Position numbers and translations under genes: made by a program. DNA of 64,000 nucleotides, from contig OZ374564.1 in assembly GCA_977862235.1 (NCBI GenBank), positions 1,736,001-1,800,000 of the forward strand, in the 5' to 3' direction. The stretch's first letter is position 1; each line of letters begins with the position of its first letter. The DNA is from Dudresnaya verticillata. Taxonomy: Eukaryota. A model generated the notes under the pieces. That model was not told where the DNA came from and searched no databases. It was given only the letters and a program-made list of their open reading frames with translations. This document shows, one piece after another, positions 24,618 to 36,457 of this stretch.

Positions 24618-25606
24618 ATAGGCCGCGAGAAGAGCTGGGATATCGATGAGAACGAGGTCCTCGCCCGCGCCTGGATTGCTGCGTCCGAGGATCCTGTCGT
24701 GGGTGCGGACCAGAAGGCCAAGCGCTTCTCCGAAGCCATGCACCGCCGCTTCATCGAGAAGGGACCGCAGTCGCCAGCGGTCCCCGACGGCAAGTACGGG
24801 AACAGGCCGGTGATGAGCTGCAAGGCCCACTTCGCGGACTTATCGGCAGACGTGCAGAAGTTTGCCGTCGCGCTCTGCAAGGTCCACGCGTCGAACCCAA
24901 CCGGGGTGAACGATGATAACGTGCTATACATGGCCGTAGCCATCCATCTCGGGAAGACGACGGTGATGGATTATAAGTTCAAGGACTACCTTAAGGAGAA
25001 CTGGCTGTCGTTCAAGGCGTGGAGAGTACTGCATTCTCACCCGAAGTGGCAATTCAACAACCCTTCGCAAGAGAGCAGCGGAAACAGCAACCGCTCCAAT
25101 ACGTACTCGTTCGACATACTGCCGCAAGAGTCAACCCAAAACTCCGCCGTGCCGTCTGGTGTTCGTGCCTCTTCTGGTCCTCGTTCTGATGAGAGATATA
25201 CTACAGGAAACCGAGCAGCCAAAGTGCAACGTCAAGAAGAAATGCGTACACAAGCCGTCCGGTCTATGGCTGAGTCCGCCAAACGCAAGTCTACCGCCCT
25301 CGAAGAACGAAACGCCATCGCTGTTTTTTCGCTACCTGGTGCGGCGCAACATCCAGAGACAGCGCTTTTTTCGCCGCGATGCGCAAGACGCACCTCGCGC
25401 AGGCTTTCAAGAAGGCTAAAACCGCTGGCGTCGATGAATACAGCCTTCTAGATGGTGCAGCCGTCTCGGAAGGACCCTTTGGAATACCTCCTACCCCGCC
25501 GTGCACGCCTGTCAGCCTCGCTGCGGCATCCGAGATGCAGGACACGGTCGACGGTCCTGAAGGGGACCCCGCTGACGGATCCGCCGAGGCGCCCTCGACG
25601 ACGTAA
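24618..25606 (+). pseudogene. Harbinger accessory Myb/SANT-like (NAM-associated type) DNA-binding protein
   Basis: GREKSWDIDENEVLARAWIAASEDPVVGADQK...W.VL..HPKW motifs. The likely start ATG has become ATA (24618), and a 1-nt frameshift in the T-run at ~25366-25371 joins ORF 24447-25451 to 25379-25606. Confidence 0.75.
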
Positions 25607-25774
25607 TGGAGGGTGTGTGGGGGAATGAGAGGGCGGTATTGCTCTTCCGCACCGCAAAAATCGCTCGGCGGCCTTCACGCCGGGGGGACCCCCGGACCCC
25701 CTTCTTTTGCGGCGCTTCGCGCCTTTGTTTGCACGATTGTCAACACAGTAGTTTGAGTAAAGACGACTCGTTTA

Positions 25775-27097
25775 CTAGATGCCATCCCCGCTTCGCTGCC
25801 AAATATGCTCTATCAGGTCATGTTTGAGAGACATATGGTCTACTGCGCTCGATATCCTCGTCTCTCTTCTGTCCACCGCTGCAGCCCACATTCCATCCGT
25901 TACTACTTGACCGAGGCCCTCCATTGCGCGTCGAGACTGCCACTCGAACGAGAGGTTCCCAAACATGGCGCGTGCCTCTTCGTGCATGGCGAGTGACGCT
26001 ATACCACTACTGTAGCTGTCACGGCGCGTTTCGACGACCATGTTGTGTATTATGAAGCACGCCTTCATGACCGTCGCGATGTCGCTTCTATACCACAGCC
26101 TGGATGGACGCTGCAAGATGTGGAAGCGTGCAACAAGAACGCCGAACGCACGCTCAATATCCTTGCGAACGGCTTCTTGAGCCGTCGCAAATGCCTTCTC
26201 CTTGTTCGTACTGCCCTCTTGAATGGTCTTGACAAAAATAGCCCATCTAGGATAGATACCATCCGCCAAATAGTACGGCAGCGTCCGTTCTGTGCCTCGA
26301 ATCTTGTACCGAACGTTGGGAGGGAAATGGCCAGCCAGTATACGTTCTATAGTAGATGAATGGTCTAACACTTTTATATCGTTCAGCGATCCAGGACTGC
26401 CAAAGAAGCAGTGCCATATCCACAGCTCTGCGTCACAGATTGCTTCAAGCACTATGGTGGGCTTCTTCTCTTTACCCTTAAACTGTCCAGCCCAGGCAAT
26501 CGGACAGTTCTTCCATTCCCAGTGCTGGCAGTCTATGGACCCAATGCAACCAGGGAAGCCTCTTGCCTCGTTGCTTGCCATGATACGCTTGAGGTCACCT
26601 TCTGTGGGCTCACGAAGGAATTCCTGTCCAAACTCATCAATAAGGACCTTGCAGAACGCCTTGAGTGACTGTAGCACAGAGTCCTCAGACATTTCTAGGT
26701 ACTCGTCGAGCGCATCTGCCGCAACGCCATATGCCATCATTCGCAGAGCCGCGGTTACTCGTAGAAGCGGATGAATGCCTTCCTTCTTGGCACAGTCGGA
26801 CCGTTGAATAAAAATGCTTTTACCACATACTGTACTGTAGATCTTCTCGAAGACGCGGCGTGGGATTCGGAATCTGCGCTCAAAGTCGACCTCGCTGTAC
26901 TTCGCTTGAGAACCGAAGTAGTCGCTGCGCAATCGCTGCAGCGCGGCTGCAAAGTCTCGACGTTTGTTCTGTTGTTTGCCGAGCTTCGCCCCAGTCCGCC
27001 GTGACAAGCCCGATTGGGCCTTCTTGATAACTGGCACGATGTCTGTGGCCATCAAATACGAGAAGTTCTCGTCATCACTAGAGTCCTCGTCCTGCAT
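25775..27097 (-). CDS. PIF/Harbinger DDE transposase (440 aa, apparently intact)
   Basis: FERRFR, RGFPGCIGSIDCQHWEWKNCP (D), GSLNDI, YYLADGIYP (D), QEAVRKDIERAFGVL (E), IIHNMVVE. Confidence 0.95.
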   Translation of the reverse strand: MQDEDSSDDENFSYLMATDIVPVIKKAQSGLSRRTGAKLGKQQNKRRDFAAALQRLRSDYFGSQAKYSEVDFERRFRIPRRVFEKIYSTVCGKSIFIQRSDCAKKEGIHPLLRVTAALRMMAYGVAADALDEYLEMSEDSVLQSLKAFCKVLIDEFGQEFLREPTEGDLKRIMASNEARGFPGCIGSIDCQHWEWKNCPIAWAGQFKGKEKKPTIVLEAICDAELWIWHCFFGSPGSLNDIKVLDHSSTIERILAGHFPPNVRYKIRGTERTLPYYLADGIYPRWAIFVKTIQEGSTNKEKAFATAQEAVRKDIERAFGVLVARFHILQRPSRLWYRSDIATVMKACFIIHNMVVETRRDSYSSGIASLAMHEEARAMFGNLSFEWQSRRAMEGLGQVVTDGMWAAAVDRRETRISSAVDHMSLKHDLIEHIWQRSGDGI

Positions 27098-27727
27098 TGT
27101 GTCGAAGTTGCTAGGGCAGGACGAGGAAGGAGCACTGTGGTCCGGATACGGTTAGAAATAAATTCAACCGGTAGAGTTTACACAGTCCTTGTATACACAC
27201 CCAAATACCTATCTTCACACTATTAGATTCACCCAATGAGCGCGGAACATATGGTGAAAAATGCGCGTTAGAAATATAATTTACCGTACCGGTAGAGATG
27301 CTCTAATTATCCACATATAAAATGGGGTCTGTAACGTGGCACCCAGGGTGCGGCGGGTGTCAGTCAACTTCTAGCGGGCCAATAGCGGCACTCTATACTC
27401 AACCAAAAACCGGGCCAAGCATTGTATACTCAATCGCTGATAGGTTGGAGGTTCCAACCAATACATTTACTCTATACTCAAAGAACAAGTACTTGGTGCA
27501 TGCGCATTGGTCACCCTCCCTGAGGCGTGGAAGTTCGCACCCGCTTGTGGGTGCAACGCGGGGGTAAGGGTGAAGTGTGGGTGACGCCGCCGCCCAGCGG
27601 TCACGCTGAAACTCCTGCGCGCGCGCGCCTGGCAGCAATACGAAAGGCTGCAATATTTTCCCGCGCCCGCCGCCAGCGTGCGGCGCAGCGCGGGATCGGA
27701 TCAAATCACGACGCTGGCCATTTCAGC

Positions 27728-27860
27728 CCACACCCACCCGCACCTGCCACCCGCACCCACACGCACCCACCCGCACCCACCCGCACCTGCCACCCGCACC
27801 CACCCGCACCCACACTCACCCACCCGCACCCACCCTCGCCCTTGCGTCCATCCGCATCCA
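27728..27860. repeat. Subterminal CACCCG/CACC low-complexity tandem array of the MULE
   Basis: Repeated cacccacccgcacc units; a 12-mer ggcgacgacggt array lies at the other end (~36560-36630). Confidence 0.85.
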
Positions 27861-28133
27861 TGGCCTTCCTTTACTCTCCAACTACGCGCCATGCAGCCTA
27901 ACTCCGTCGTCAACTCCGCTGCCCCCAACCAAGTGCGCAACACCGCCCCTCTTGGCGCCATCATCTCTGCTGCTGGGGGCGGCACCCCTCAACATGTGAG
28001 AGTGTTTGCCTCCAGCGGGCTACAGCCCCATGTGGCAGTATGGACGCTGTCAGCAGAAGGGCTTACAGGAGCGCTCTCCTTTTTGTGGGACAGACTGTCC
28101 CTTAACCAGGACAGCTGTACTTTCATCGCTGTA

Positions 28134-28202
28134 CACGTGGATGACACGTGGGTACACGTGGGTGACACGTGGCGCACGTGGGGACACGTGGACGACACGT
28201 GG
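28134..28202. promoter_or_regulatory. Array of seven CACGTGG (G-box/E-box) motifs
   Basis: Seven CACGTGG copies at 9-12 bp spacing upstream of the MULE + strand gene; function is inferred only. Confidence 0.55.
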
Positions 28203-28748
28203 CGCCAATTGGACACCTCGTATTGGCTGATTTATGACGCGCCGCTGCGCTCCTACTCACGAACGAGGAGTACCTCTGCGCTCAGGGTATCGACGGTGCA
28301 GCCGGGACCTCGCCGGCGTATCCGCCACCAAGTCCCCTAACTGGAATGCATTCCCACTTTTGACTCGTACTGACTGTACTAACCTACGTAACTATAATCA
28401 TAGACTAACTTAGACCCCCTTTCGGGCTGATAGACTTTTCGGCTGTCAAGCCCTACTTATGGGCGCCGGAATAGCCGGCGTCCTCAGAATAAACACTCAG
28501 CGGAGTTGTTCGGGAAGTTTCCACCTTTTGGTCGCTCGGACGCTCCGCGCCTGCAGGGGTCGCCCAGTACAGGCCCGGACATCGTACGACAAGTACTCTA
28601 CGAAATACCGGGTCGCAACCTCTATACTTTCCCTCAGTCGGTTGCGCCGAGTCTTTACCGTGCTTCCGCACCCCCCCTTTCGGGTCATCACGGCCCGCCT
28701 TTTTCCAAGCCTCTACCAAACCTCCTTCGAGCTACCACCAATTAGCGT

Positions 28749-31700
28749 GTGATATCGGACAGCTGTCTTTTCTTGTGCTTTGCTGTTTCTGGCCGGTGCC
28801 ATACTGCTACACCCCACACCGGGTTACACCCGCACACACACGCTGCGAATGGCTCTATCGTCCTCGCAGGGCTGCAGGCCCAAGCTGGGATCCAGCACCA
28901 AGCCGGAATGCAATCACTCGCAGTGAATGGTTCGATCATCGGAACTGGACTGCACACCGCGAATGGTGCTGTTATCGCTTCGGACCTCCCTGCCCATTCC
29001 ATGCCAGGCACAAACATGCTTACGGGCGTCGTTCCATCTTTCAACATGGCCCCATCAGTGACCAATACGGCCGTAAACCCAAGCTATCAAGCATTGTTGC
29101 AGAGCGCTACAAAGCAGGCATACCGCAATGGCGCCGCAGTTATGCGCCAAACTATGCAGGCTCAAGTGAACGACAACGCCTTGGCTGTCCGTACCGCGCT
29201 ACTTGAAAATGAAAATACTACTGCGGCTGTCACTAAGCAGAACCCTCTTCAGCTGATCACGAATCCAATGGGCGTCGCAATGCTCGGTGGAATGCCCCTC
29301 CATTATGGAGTTGCGGGCCAAACCCCCGACCTAACCAAATTCCACATACGGTCGCGCCTGTTACTGGCCATGTGACGGCCTACAAGCCCGTGGATTGTAG
29401 AAGGGCCAATTTGTCCGGCATGACCCCCACTACTATCAATCAAGTCGGTTTGCCCGGCCCCCCTCGCGAACACGCAGCAGCTCTGTTTCTCAATAGTGAT
29501 CGCGAGCAAGATTTTAGGATGTTTGTGGACTATGGCTCCTTCCCGTTTCAGAAGCCCCGCACAACTCAAGGACGTATTGATAAGCCTAGAGGATTCGAAC
29601 AAAATCGGGGGTCCTTCCGTGATCGTGCAAGGGGGAGATTTAGGGGCAGTGGACAGAGGGGAAGAGGATGGGGCCGTGGTCGGGGCAGAGGGCGTGGAAA
29701 ATACAGCGGTGGAGGTTGGCGTGGAGAGGAGGATCGCTTTTGTAATTTATCCCCTGCAGAGAGAGAGACCGAACGCCGTAGAGATCGAGCCGCCCTCAAA
29801 TCGGCCTCGGAGAAGCAGTGCAAGTGGTTTGCGGAGCAAATCAAGTGCATTATCAAGCGCACTAGGGTTTACGGACTGGGCCAAGACGATCTCGAGCCGG
29901 GTTTGGACATTATCGATGCGATGGAACGGGTTTCTACAGACAAGTTCGGTGTTTGGTGGCAGAATTACCTTGAGCATATGCAGAAGTCCGAGGATGGTAC
30001 ATGGCGGTTTGACTTCAGGGACCAAGATGATCGCCTTAATTCACTGGAATGCATTCGTCACTGCCGCCTTCTTTGCTACGTTAGGCAGCGGTGCGCTTCA
30101 GAAACCCCCAGTGATCCAGCCGTTATTTTATGCCAACGGGTCGTCGAGAACTACAAGAAGCAGCGAGACTTTATAATTCAGTTCGTGAACGAGGAGGAGA
30201 CGCAGAAGCGTATCGCTCCTTTGGAACACACGGAAGCTGTTCTCATGGAAAGGATTGTGAACGAGTACATCGCCCCTTTGGATGGTTTTGGAGACGAACG
30301 CAATCGGCCGTCTTCCCACGTGCCGTATAAACGCTTCCCGGAAATAGTCGGGTACAACAGCCGCAGTGATTTCTACACTCGTGAAGAGTACAAAGAACGG
30401 GTCGTGGGCCGTGGCCGTGGCGGTTATGAGAGGCGCGACGGGTATAATGCCAGCCGTTGGGGAGGCGGATACGCTGACCGGGGTGGGCGTGGGGGCGGGC
30501 ATCGGGGCAACCGTGGTACTCCACGTGGGCGCGGTAGCTACAATGGGCGGGGCGGGTTGGGTGATGGCAACCGGGGTGGGCGCGGGGGCTGCAATGGCCG
30601 CGGTGGGTATGGTAGAGGCAACCGGGATGGCCCTAGCGGCGGTCATGAAGGGTACTACAACGGTATTCCCGACGAAAGGGAAGACTCGAGGCATGGCGTA
30701 CATAGAAGCAACCGTGGCGGGAACAAATATGGCCCAGGAGGTGGTTACAATGACAACCGCGAAGGATGCATCGAGAACCATAGGCGTGGCCCGGGTAGCA
30801 CCCGTGAGGCGGCCTCCCCCCTGAGAAACGGCGGTGGAAATCACAGGCCCGGTGGCCTTAATGGTCAGCACCGTGCTGCAAATGGCTGCAATAGATCTCA
30901 GGATGAAGCTAGGAGAGGGACACTCAGTGATGAAGACTATGCTCAAGGTCCAGATCGATTTAATGATGCTGTTTTGCGTCCCGCTACAGTTTCTGGAGAT
31001 CCCTGTCGCAGAGTTGTGCAGCATCTTGGGCCCACACGCCCACACTAGATGGGCCAGCACGTGTGTCTGGACTGGCCCCCGGACCTGCACCAATGGAAGC
31101 GGGGCCCGAACCGAGGCGATTCAACCACACCTCTCGTCCTCCACCCAGGGTTGCGGCAAAGCCCGCCTGCACAGGTATCAGAAGTGCTCCACCAGCAGAT
31201 AAGCCCGTCCCCATTGGAACTGACTCTACCGCTGATGCCGGCCTTGCGAAAAGAGGTCCCAGTAGCAGCGCCACGCCCGGGGATGAGGCAGCTGACAAGC
31301 CGCGGAGCGAGCAACAAGTCATCGCGTCGGCAGATGGCCATGGAGTCGCTGGCTCCGGGGCAGCCAGCAAATCCACTACTGCTCCAGAGGCGCCACCAGC
31401 GGCTGCAGCAGAGGCGATATCAGCGGCAGCGGATAATCCCACCGTGGAAGATTTGGATGTTGACATCATGGAGAAGCAGGTTGCGGCGAAGCCCACCTCT
31501 AAATCTGCAGCTGCGAAAGATGCTCCAAAAGCAGATGTGGAGAAGCCGGCTGGCAGGGGCACAAAGAGTTCCGATGCATCGACCACTGTGACCGCCACTG
31601 CTGCGAAACGCGCAGAGAAATCTATTGGGCGATCGCCTGAGCCGTCCAACTCATCTGATCCCGTTGCGCAAGGCGCACCGGTTGGTGTCCACCGGGAGAT

Positions 31701-31764
31701 GTCCACTTCGCGTGATACCTCGCAGGAAGGTCGTCGAAGCACCAGAAGCAAGAGTAGTAAATAG
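28749..31764 (+). pseudogene. MULE accessory gene: Q/A-rich N-terminus, RGG/GW-rich segments flanking a helical Trp/Cys-containing core, Ala/Pro/Ser-rich tail (ORFs 28749-29375, 29372-31048, 31063-31764)
   Basis: Three abutting ORFs with successive -1 frame offsets, ~1000 codons in total. Convergent with the transposase-related gene (stops at 31764 and 31768). Confidence 0.6.
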
Positions 31765-31767
31765 ACT

Positions 31768-34700
31768 TTATTGTTCTGGTTGACTAAACTTTTGGGAACC
31801 ATAACGTTGCCTCCGGGATAGCTTCCAACGTTCAAGTGCCGAACGAATTCGCTTCTGCCCGCGACCTCTACTCCCTGCAACTATTGAAGGGTTTGTAATG
31901 GGCACTTGCAATTCTCCAATGCCTCGTACGTTAACTTCTCTCATCATCACTGGTTGGAAGCCTGGTCGTGCATTCCAATTATAACGTCTTCCAACTGGTT
32001 GCCTCCGTGCTCTGCGTGCAGCACTAACAGGATTTCTCAAAGACTCAAGTGCCCGTTTCGGCAGTTCTGCAGCGTGAATAGGTGACCGTCCCTCGCGAAG
32101 CATGGTGAGGCCTTGGCGAAGATATAACATCAAGTCCCGAACACGAACTGCTCCGGCGTTTGATGCAATTCTGTGCATCTCCGTGCATAAACTTGTCACC
32201 CCTGCCCATGAAACATGTCGGCTCGTCTCCGCACGGATTGCTCTTTCCTCAAGAATGTCTTCATCGTTGTCACTGGCGCCTACAACCTCGCGGGAGGCAA
32301 TAACTGTTCCGTCCTGTCGGGCAAAGATGTCTTCGTGAACTGCATTCAATACAGCTCCTATATCACCTTCCATTCCATTTGCCCTTGCCCATCTCCGATA
32401 AAAGTCATCCCGTTCGCATTGAATGTCTGCTTGTGTGCGCTTGCTGTCATCAAGCGCCCAGTAGCTGTGAAAGAGCATTTCAATGGGAATCAGTGGCCCC
32501 AACACCCGAGTTACATTCGATCGCAAAACCCTCAACTCATCATACACGGTCGCGACTCGGACTATATGGGCGCATGGGAAGCCTGAACGTCTTGACAATC
32601 TGCAAAAACAAGTGTAACGCCAACCTCGATCTTCGTTTTGAAGAACAATGACCTTATAAGTTGTATCGAAAGTTACCAACGGATGGTCCTCTTCAATTGT
32701 GACCAGAGCAGCCGCTAGCTCTGCAACGTCATCAAGTACATGTATTTCATGTTGTATCCCCTGCGCAGGCTGGTCCGTGCTCTGAGCATTAGGAGGATCT
32801 GTGGCCATAATCTCATCCGCTTCAAGCTCTTCACCCGGTGGTTCTGGCTGCGACGCGCGAGCATCGAACCGACTACTCATGTTAATCAAGGAAGAGAAGA
32901 ATATCATTCTATCTGTTTCCCCCACCCGTTCTACCGTCCCCTGCTCAATATTCTGTTGATCTGTGGACGGTGTGTGGGTCGCGCGATCTGCTCCACCACG
33001 TGGTGTACGCTCTTGCGATGGCAAGAGTGATACAGGATGTCCGTTGTCCGTTTCCAGCGCCAGACCTCTTCTGTTGCATCCAACTCGGAATACAACAACT
33101 TCATGAATTCCAATTGGATGGTCTAGGCGGCTCCGAGGATTCCAAACCATTTCAGTCAGGTCTCGGTTTTCCACACCACACTCCAGTACTGTTAACGCAG
33201 CTGACTTGACTACGCTGAGTTTATAGAACATGTCAAGTGCGTACTTCGTGTAATGATTGCAGAGACTTGTTGCCCGTTCCGAGTTCATCCCACAAGACGT
33301 CGTGAACTTCATACGGTATACAGCCGAGCACGTCCTGAGCTTGTCAGCAATCCTGGCAGCTCTTCTCTTGGCAGTAACCGTTTCCATAACCTGTGGAACA
33401 AGTTCCCTTGCGAGCTCCATCCTCTTCCCCCTGTACAAGTTGATAGAAGCTTCCCGCATCTTCGTTTCGAAGGTTCATGAGATTATGAACTAAACGCTGT
33501 GCTGCGAGGTCCTTGGGTTTCCCAAGTGATTTATGTCTGGTAAGTTGTCGATGAAGCGCCCGATTGTCACATACGAATCCGTATTTGCGCTCGAGGAAAC
33601 GAACAACGTCCGCAAAGGCCAGGAAGCACTTGTTGTGCATTTCGTTTGCCTCTTGAAATACACCTGGCGGTAGTCTAGATCGCAACTTCCGGGTTTCTGG
33701 TGCGTGGTTGTGGTCTTGAGCGGAGAACTCAACATAATAAGTTCTTACTTTAGACGTGAAAGGGGTTTCCCATCCATTATCGATGTCATGCGCTACTAAC
33801 GCAGAGGTTACTTTCATTCTAAATGGACACCTGGCCCTGGAACATGAAAACATAGAACGCTTCAAACCTCGCCGGCCCCCATCCCTGGATTTCTCGTACT
33901 CCGATCGCTTAACAACTGCGTCAAGACCGAAACTCTCACATATCACAATTACACCCTACTTAACGTCGTGTCCGTCCGATGCAGAACCAACGTTGCCCAC
34001 AAAGCATTGCAGCGTCATTTTGAGGTCTGCAGTGGGCGTATCTACGGCAGTGACCTCAATCGAGGCACATATGCGCCCCCTATTCCCTCTGATCCGCGGG
34101 CGCACGGTATTCGACAGCGCAAATTGATCAGAGTCAGAGTCACTTCTGGCACCCTTCAAGCTGTTACAAAGGTCCAAGACTTCATCTTGGTCGCCATCTC
34201 CTTCTAAAACCACTGCCCCAGTCCCTCATTTCCTTGGAAGACTGTGACCCCCGAGGCTTTGGCCTGCACTTTCTGTCCCAGCATCCGTCCCGGAGGACGA
34301 CAAATTCTGCGGTGTATTGCTGTGACGGTCAATAGATGATGATAGTCCAGAGCTGCCGGAACGTATGGGTCTTAGCTTAATACCCAATGTCTTTCGAGGG
34401 TCATCCGTTTCTCTGATTGCAGACGTTGGCAACAGTTGGGCAAGGTGCTTATCCCTGTAATAATCAGACAACTTTCTTGTGTAGTTATATCTGGGGTGGT
34501 TCGGCTCTGCTGGATGATTGTGAGAAGCGTGAATTTCACCGGAGGCAGCCCAGACATCCCAACCCTTGTCATATACCCTCCGATGACAAACGAAGGACAC
34601 TCCACAGGCTTTGTTGCCCTGGGGAGTTCCCTGTCTTAGACATCGAAATCGGGCCTTCCAATCGTGGCTATTTCCAGTACCATTCTTTCGCACGTAGTTC

Positions 34701-36457
34701 TTTGTGAAGAAATAACCGGAGCGAGCAAATGATGCCGCGTATTCGGCGCAATTTGCTGTAGTGCAGAGGAATGTTCTCTCTGACTTTGATCCACTGGGGC
34801 CATGGGGCCGCACAACCGGAATCGCAATAATGTCATTCCCATTCTCTGAGGGTCTGTTCAAGCGCGGGATCTCCGCAACGCTGTCAGCAGACGAGAACTC
34901 TGGCGCTATTGAGGCGGAAACTCCAGTTGCACCGGGAGCTGCAGTGCGGTGCTCCCGCCGCTTTTTCATGGCGCGAACAGGTACCCGCACTGGTATTGCT
35001 GTAGTAGGTTTAGGCTCCATAAAATCTTCCTCATCGTCGCTGCTGAATATGCTCCGAAAACGGGGGAGTGCAGCTGGTCTAGATATTCGACGTTCTCGTG
35101 TACGCATAATCGCCCTCTTTTTCTCGTGACGGACGCCGTGTGAGAACATTTCGATTCCGAAAACCGGGGGAAGGGCTGTCTTGCCGCAATCCGGGGGAAG
35201 GGCTGTTTTGCCGCAATCCTGAGTTATTTTCTCTGCTAAGCTTGTGGTTCCTCGCGGGCGGGAAGGGGACATCTCAGCCGTGAATTTAATTCCAGCAGCT
35301 CCCTTCGTGGTTTTCAGACTGTGAAGAGAGAGCAGTTGACTGAGAGACGGCAATTGGCAGCTGTCGAGAAAGTTTCGATCGCGAGGTTGCGAAAGCTGAA
35401 GTGCTGCCAGCTGCAGCTCAGAATGCTGCCTATACGAATTTGCTGAGCTGTCGACAACAGGATCCTGTTCAGATAAAGATTCAATTTTAATTGGTCCCCT
35501 CGAAGACGACGGGGAATGTTTCGGGTACCTCCATATCGAGCCCAACGCTGCATGAAGATTACGTTCGTACGTCTTGGTTATTGTCACCCTCGAAATGCTT
35601 CCGGCCAGTAAATCTAGTGTTGATTTCACAACAATCCTGATACAGGCATTTCGCAACGCGGAAGTAGCTGTGGACCTGTATAGACCGTAGGGATTTTCCA
35701 GAACGCTGTTAAATTCCCCTCGCATCCCTGGACGTGAAAAGCGAAGGAGTGCTGCCAGAACATAGAAGCCGCAACTGTAGCTGTCCCTCTGCCTTGCAAA
35801 ACCCAACCCGTTCTTGTGAAGCATCCAATTAAAGGCAGCGCAGGACCAATTGACGTTTGGAAATGCGGCTTTAAGACACTTGCAGAGAAAGTAAAGAACG
35901 TTTTCCTCTTCACCATGACGAGGTGATGCTCCGAGGCTATCTGCCCAATGTAACGTCCCTTCTCCTCTCCCATTACGCGATACAAGGGCCCCAGATCGTC
36001 CCTCGAAATTAACTTGAACGTATATAAGTCCCCAATGCATACTTTTACACATCGGAAGGAACACATGGCTGGTGGATTGGTCACTGTACAGCACGAGATC
36101 AGCAACATGCTCAGTTATCCACGGTGGGACGGATGGTGTGTTTGTTCCCAAACTGTTGATTGCGGCAAATCGAACCTTCTCTGAGAACTCACATCTTGCG
36201 ACTGAGACGGAGCTATGGAACTGAATATCACACACAGAGAACTCAAGCATCAACGAAGAAAGCATAGAAGAAGATGTCATTAAATGTATCCACTTCTCAT
36301 TTCGGGAGTCTGGCTTCTCACCTGTATTCCAGGAATCGAATAGAAGCCCAAGGCTTGATTCCTGCGCTTCGTTAGCAAACGCACCAGCTGCTTGGAAACG
36401 GGAGAGAAACACAGAACGATGGGCACCTGGTGAACGCCATTCCTTCCGAGGAGACAT
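31768..36457 (-). pseudogene. MULE polyprotein: Ulp1-like (C48) protease - WRKY/GCM1-like zinc finger - FAR1-like zinc finger - SWIM; DDE core missing
   Basis: HWGLIYV...HWADSL...QRDSYSCGFYV (Ulp1 H-D-Q-C); RFRCLR...CGVSF...HNH; CSRARCPFRMKV...HNH; YTCFC...GFPCAH (SWIM). ORFs 34226-36457, 33956-34213 and 33344-33946 share one frame, separated by single stops; a frameshift near 33410 leads into 31768-33459. Confidence 0.8.

Larger units (their letters stand above)
24276..27303. mobile_element. PIF/Harbinger DNA transposon, 3028 bp, two convergent genes
   Basis: Perfect 13-bp TIR GAGCATCTCTACC/GGTAGAGATGCTC; TAA TSD at 24273-24275 and 27304-27306. Confidence 0.92.
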
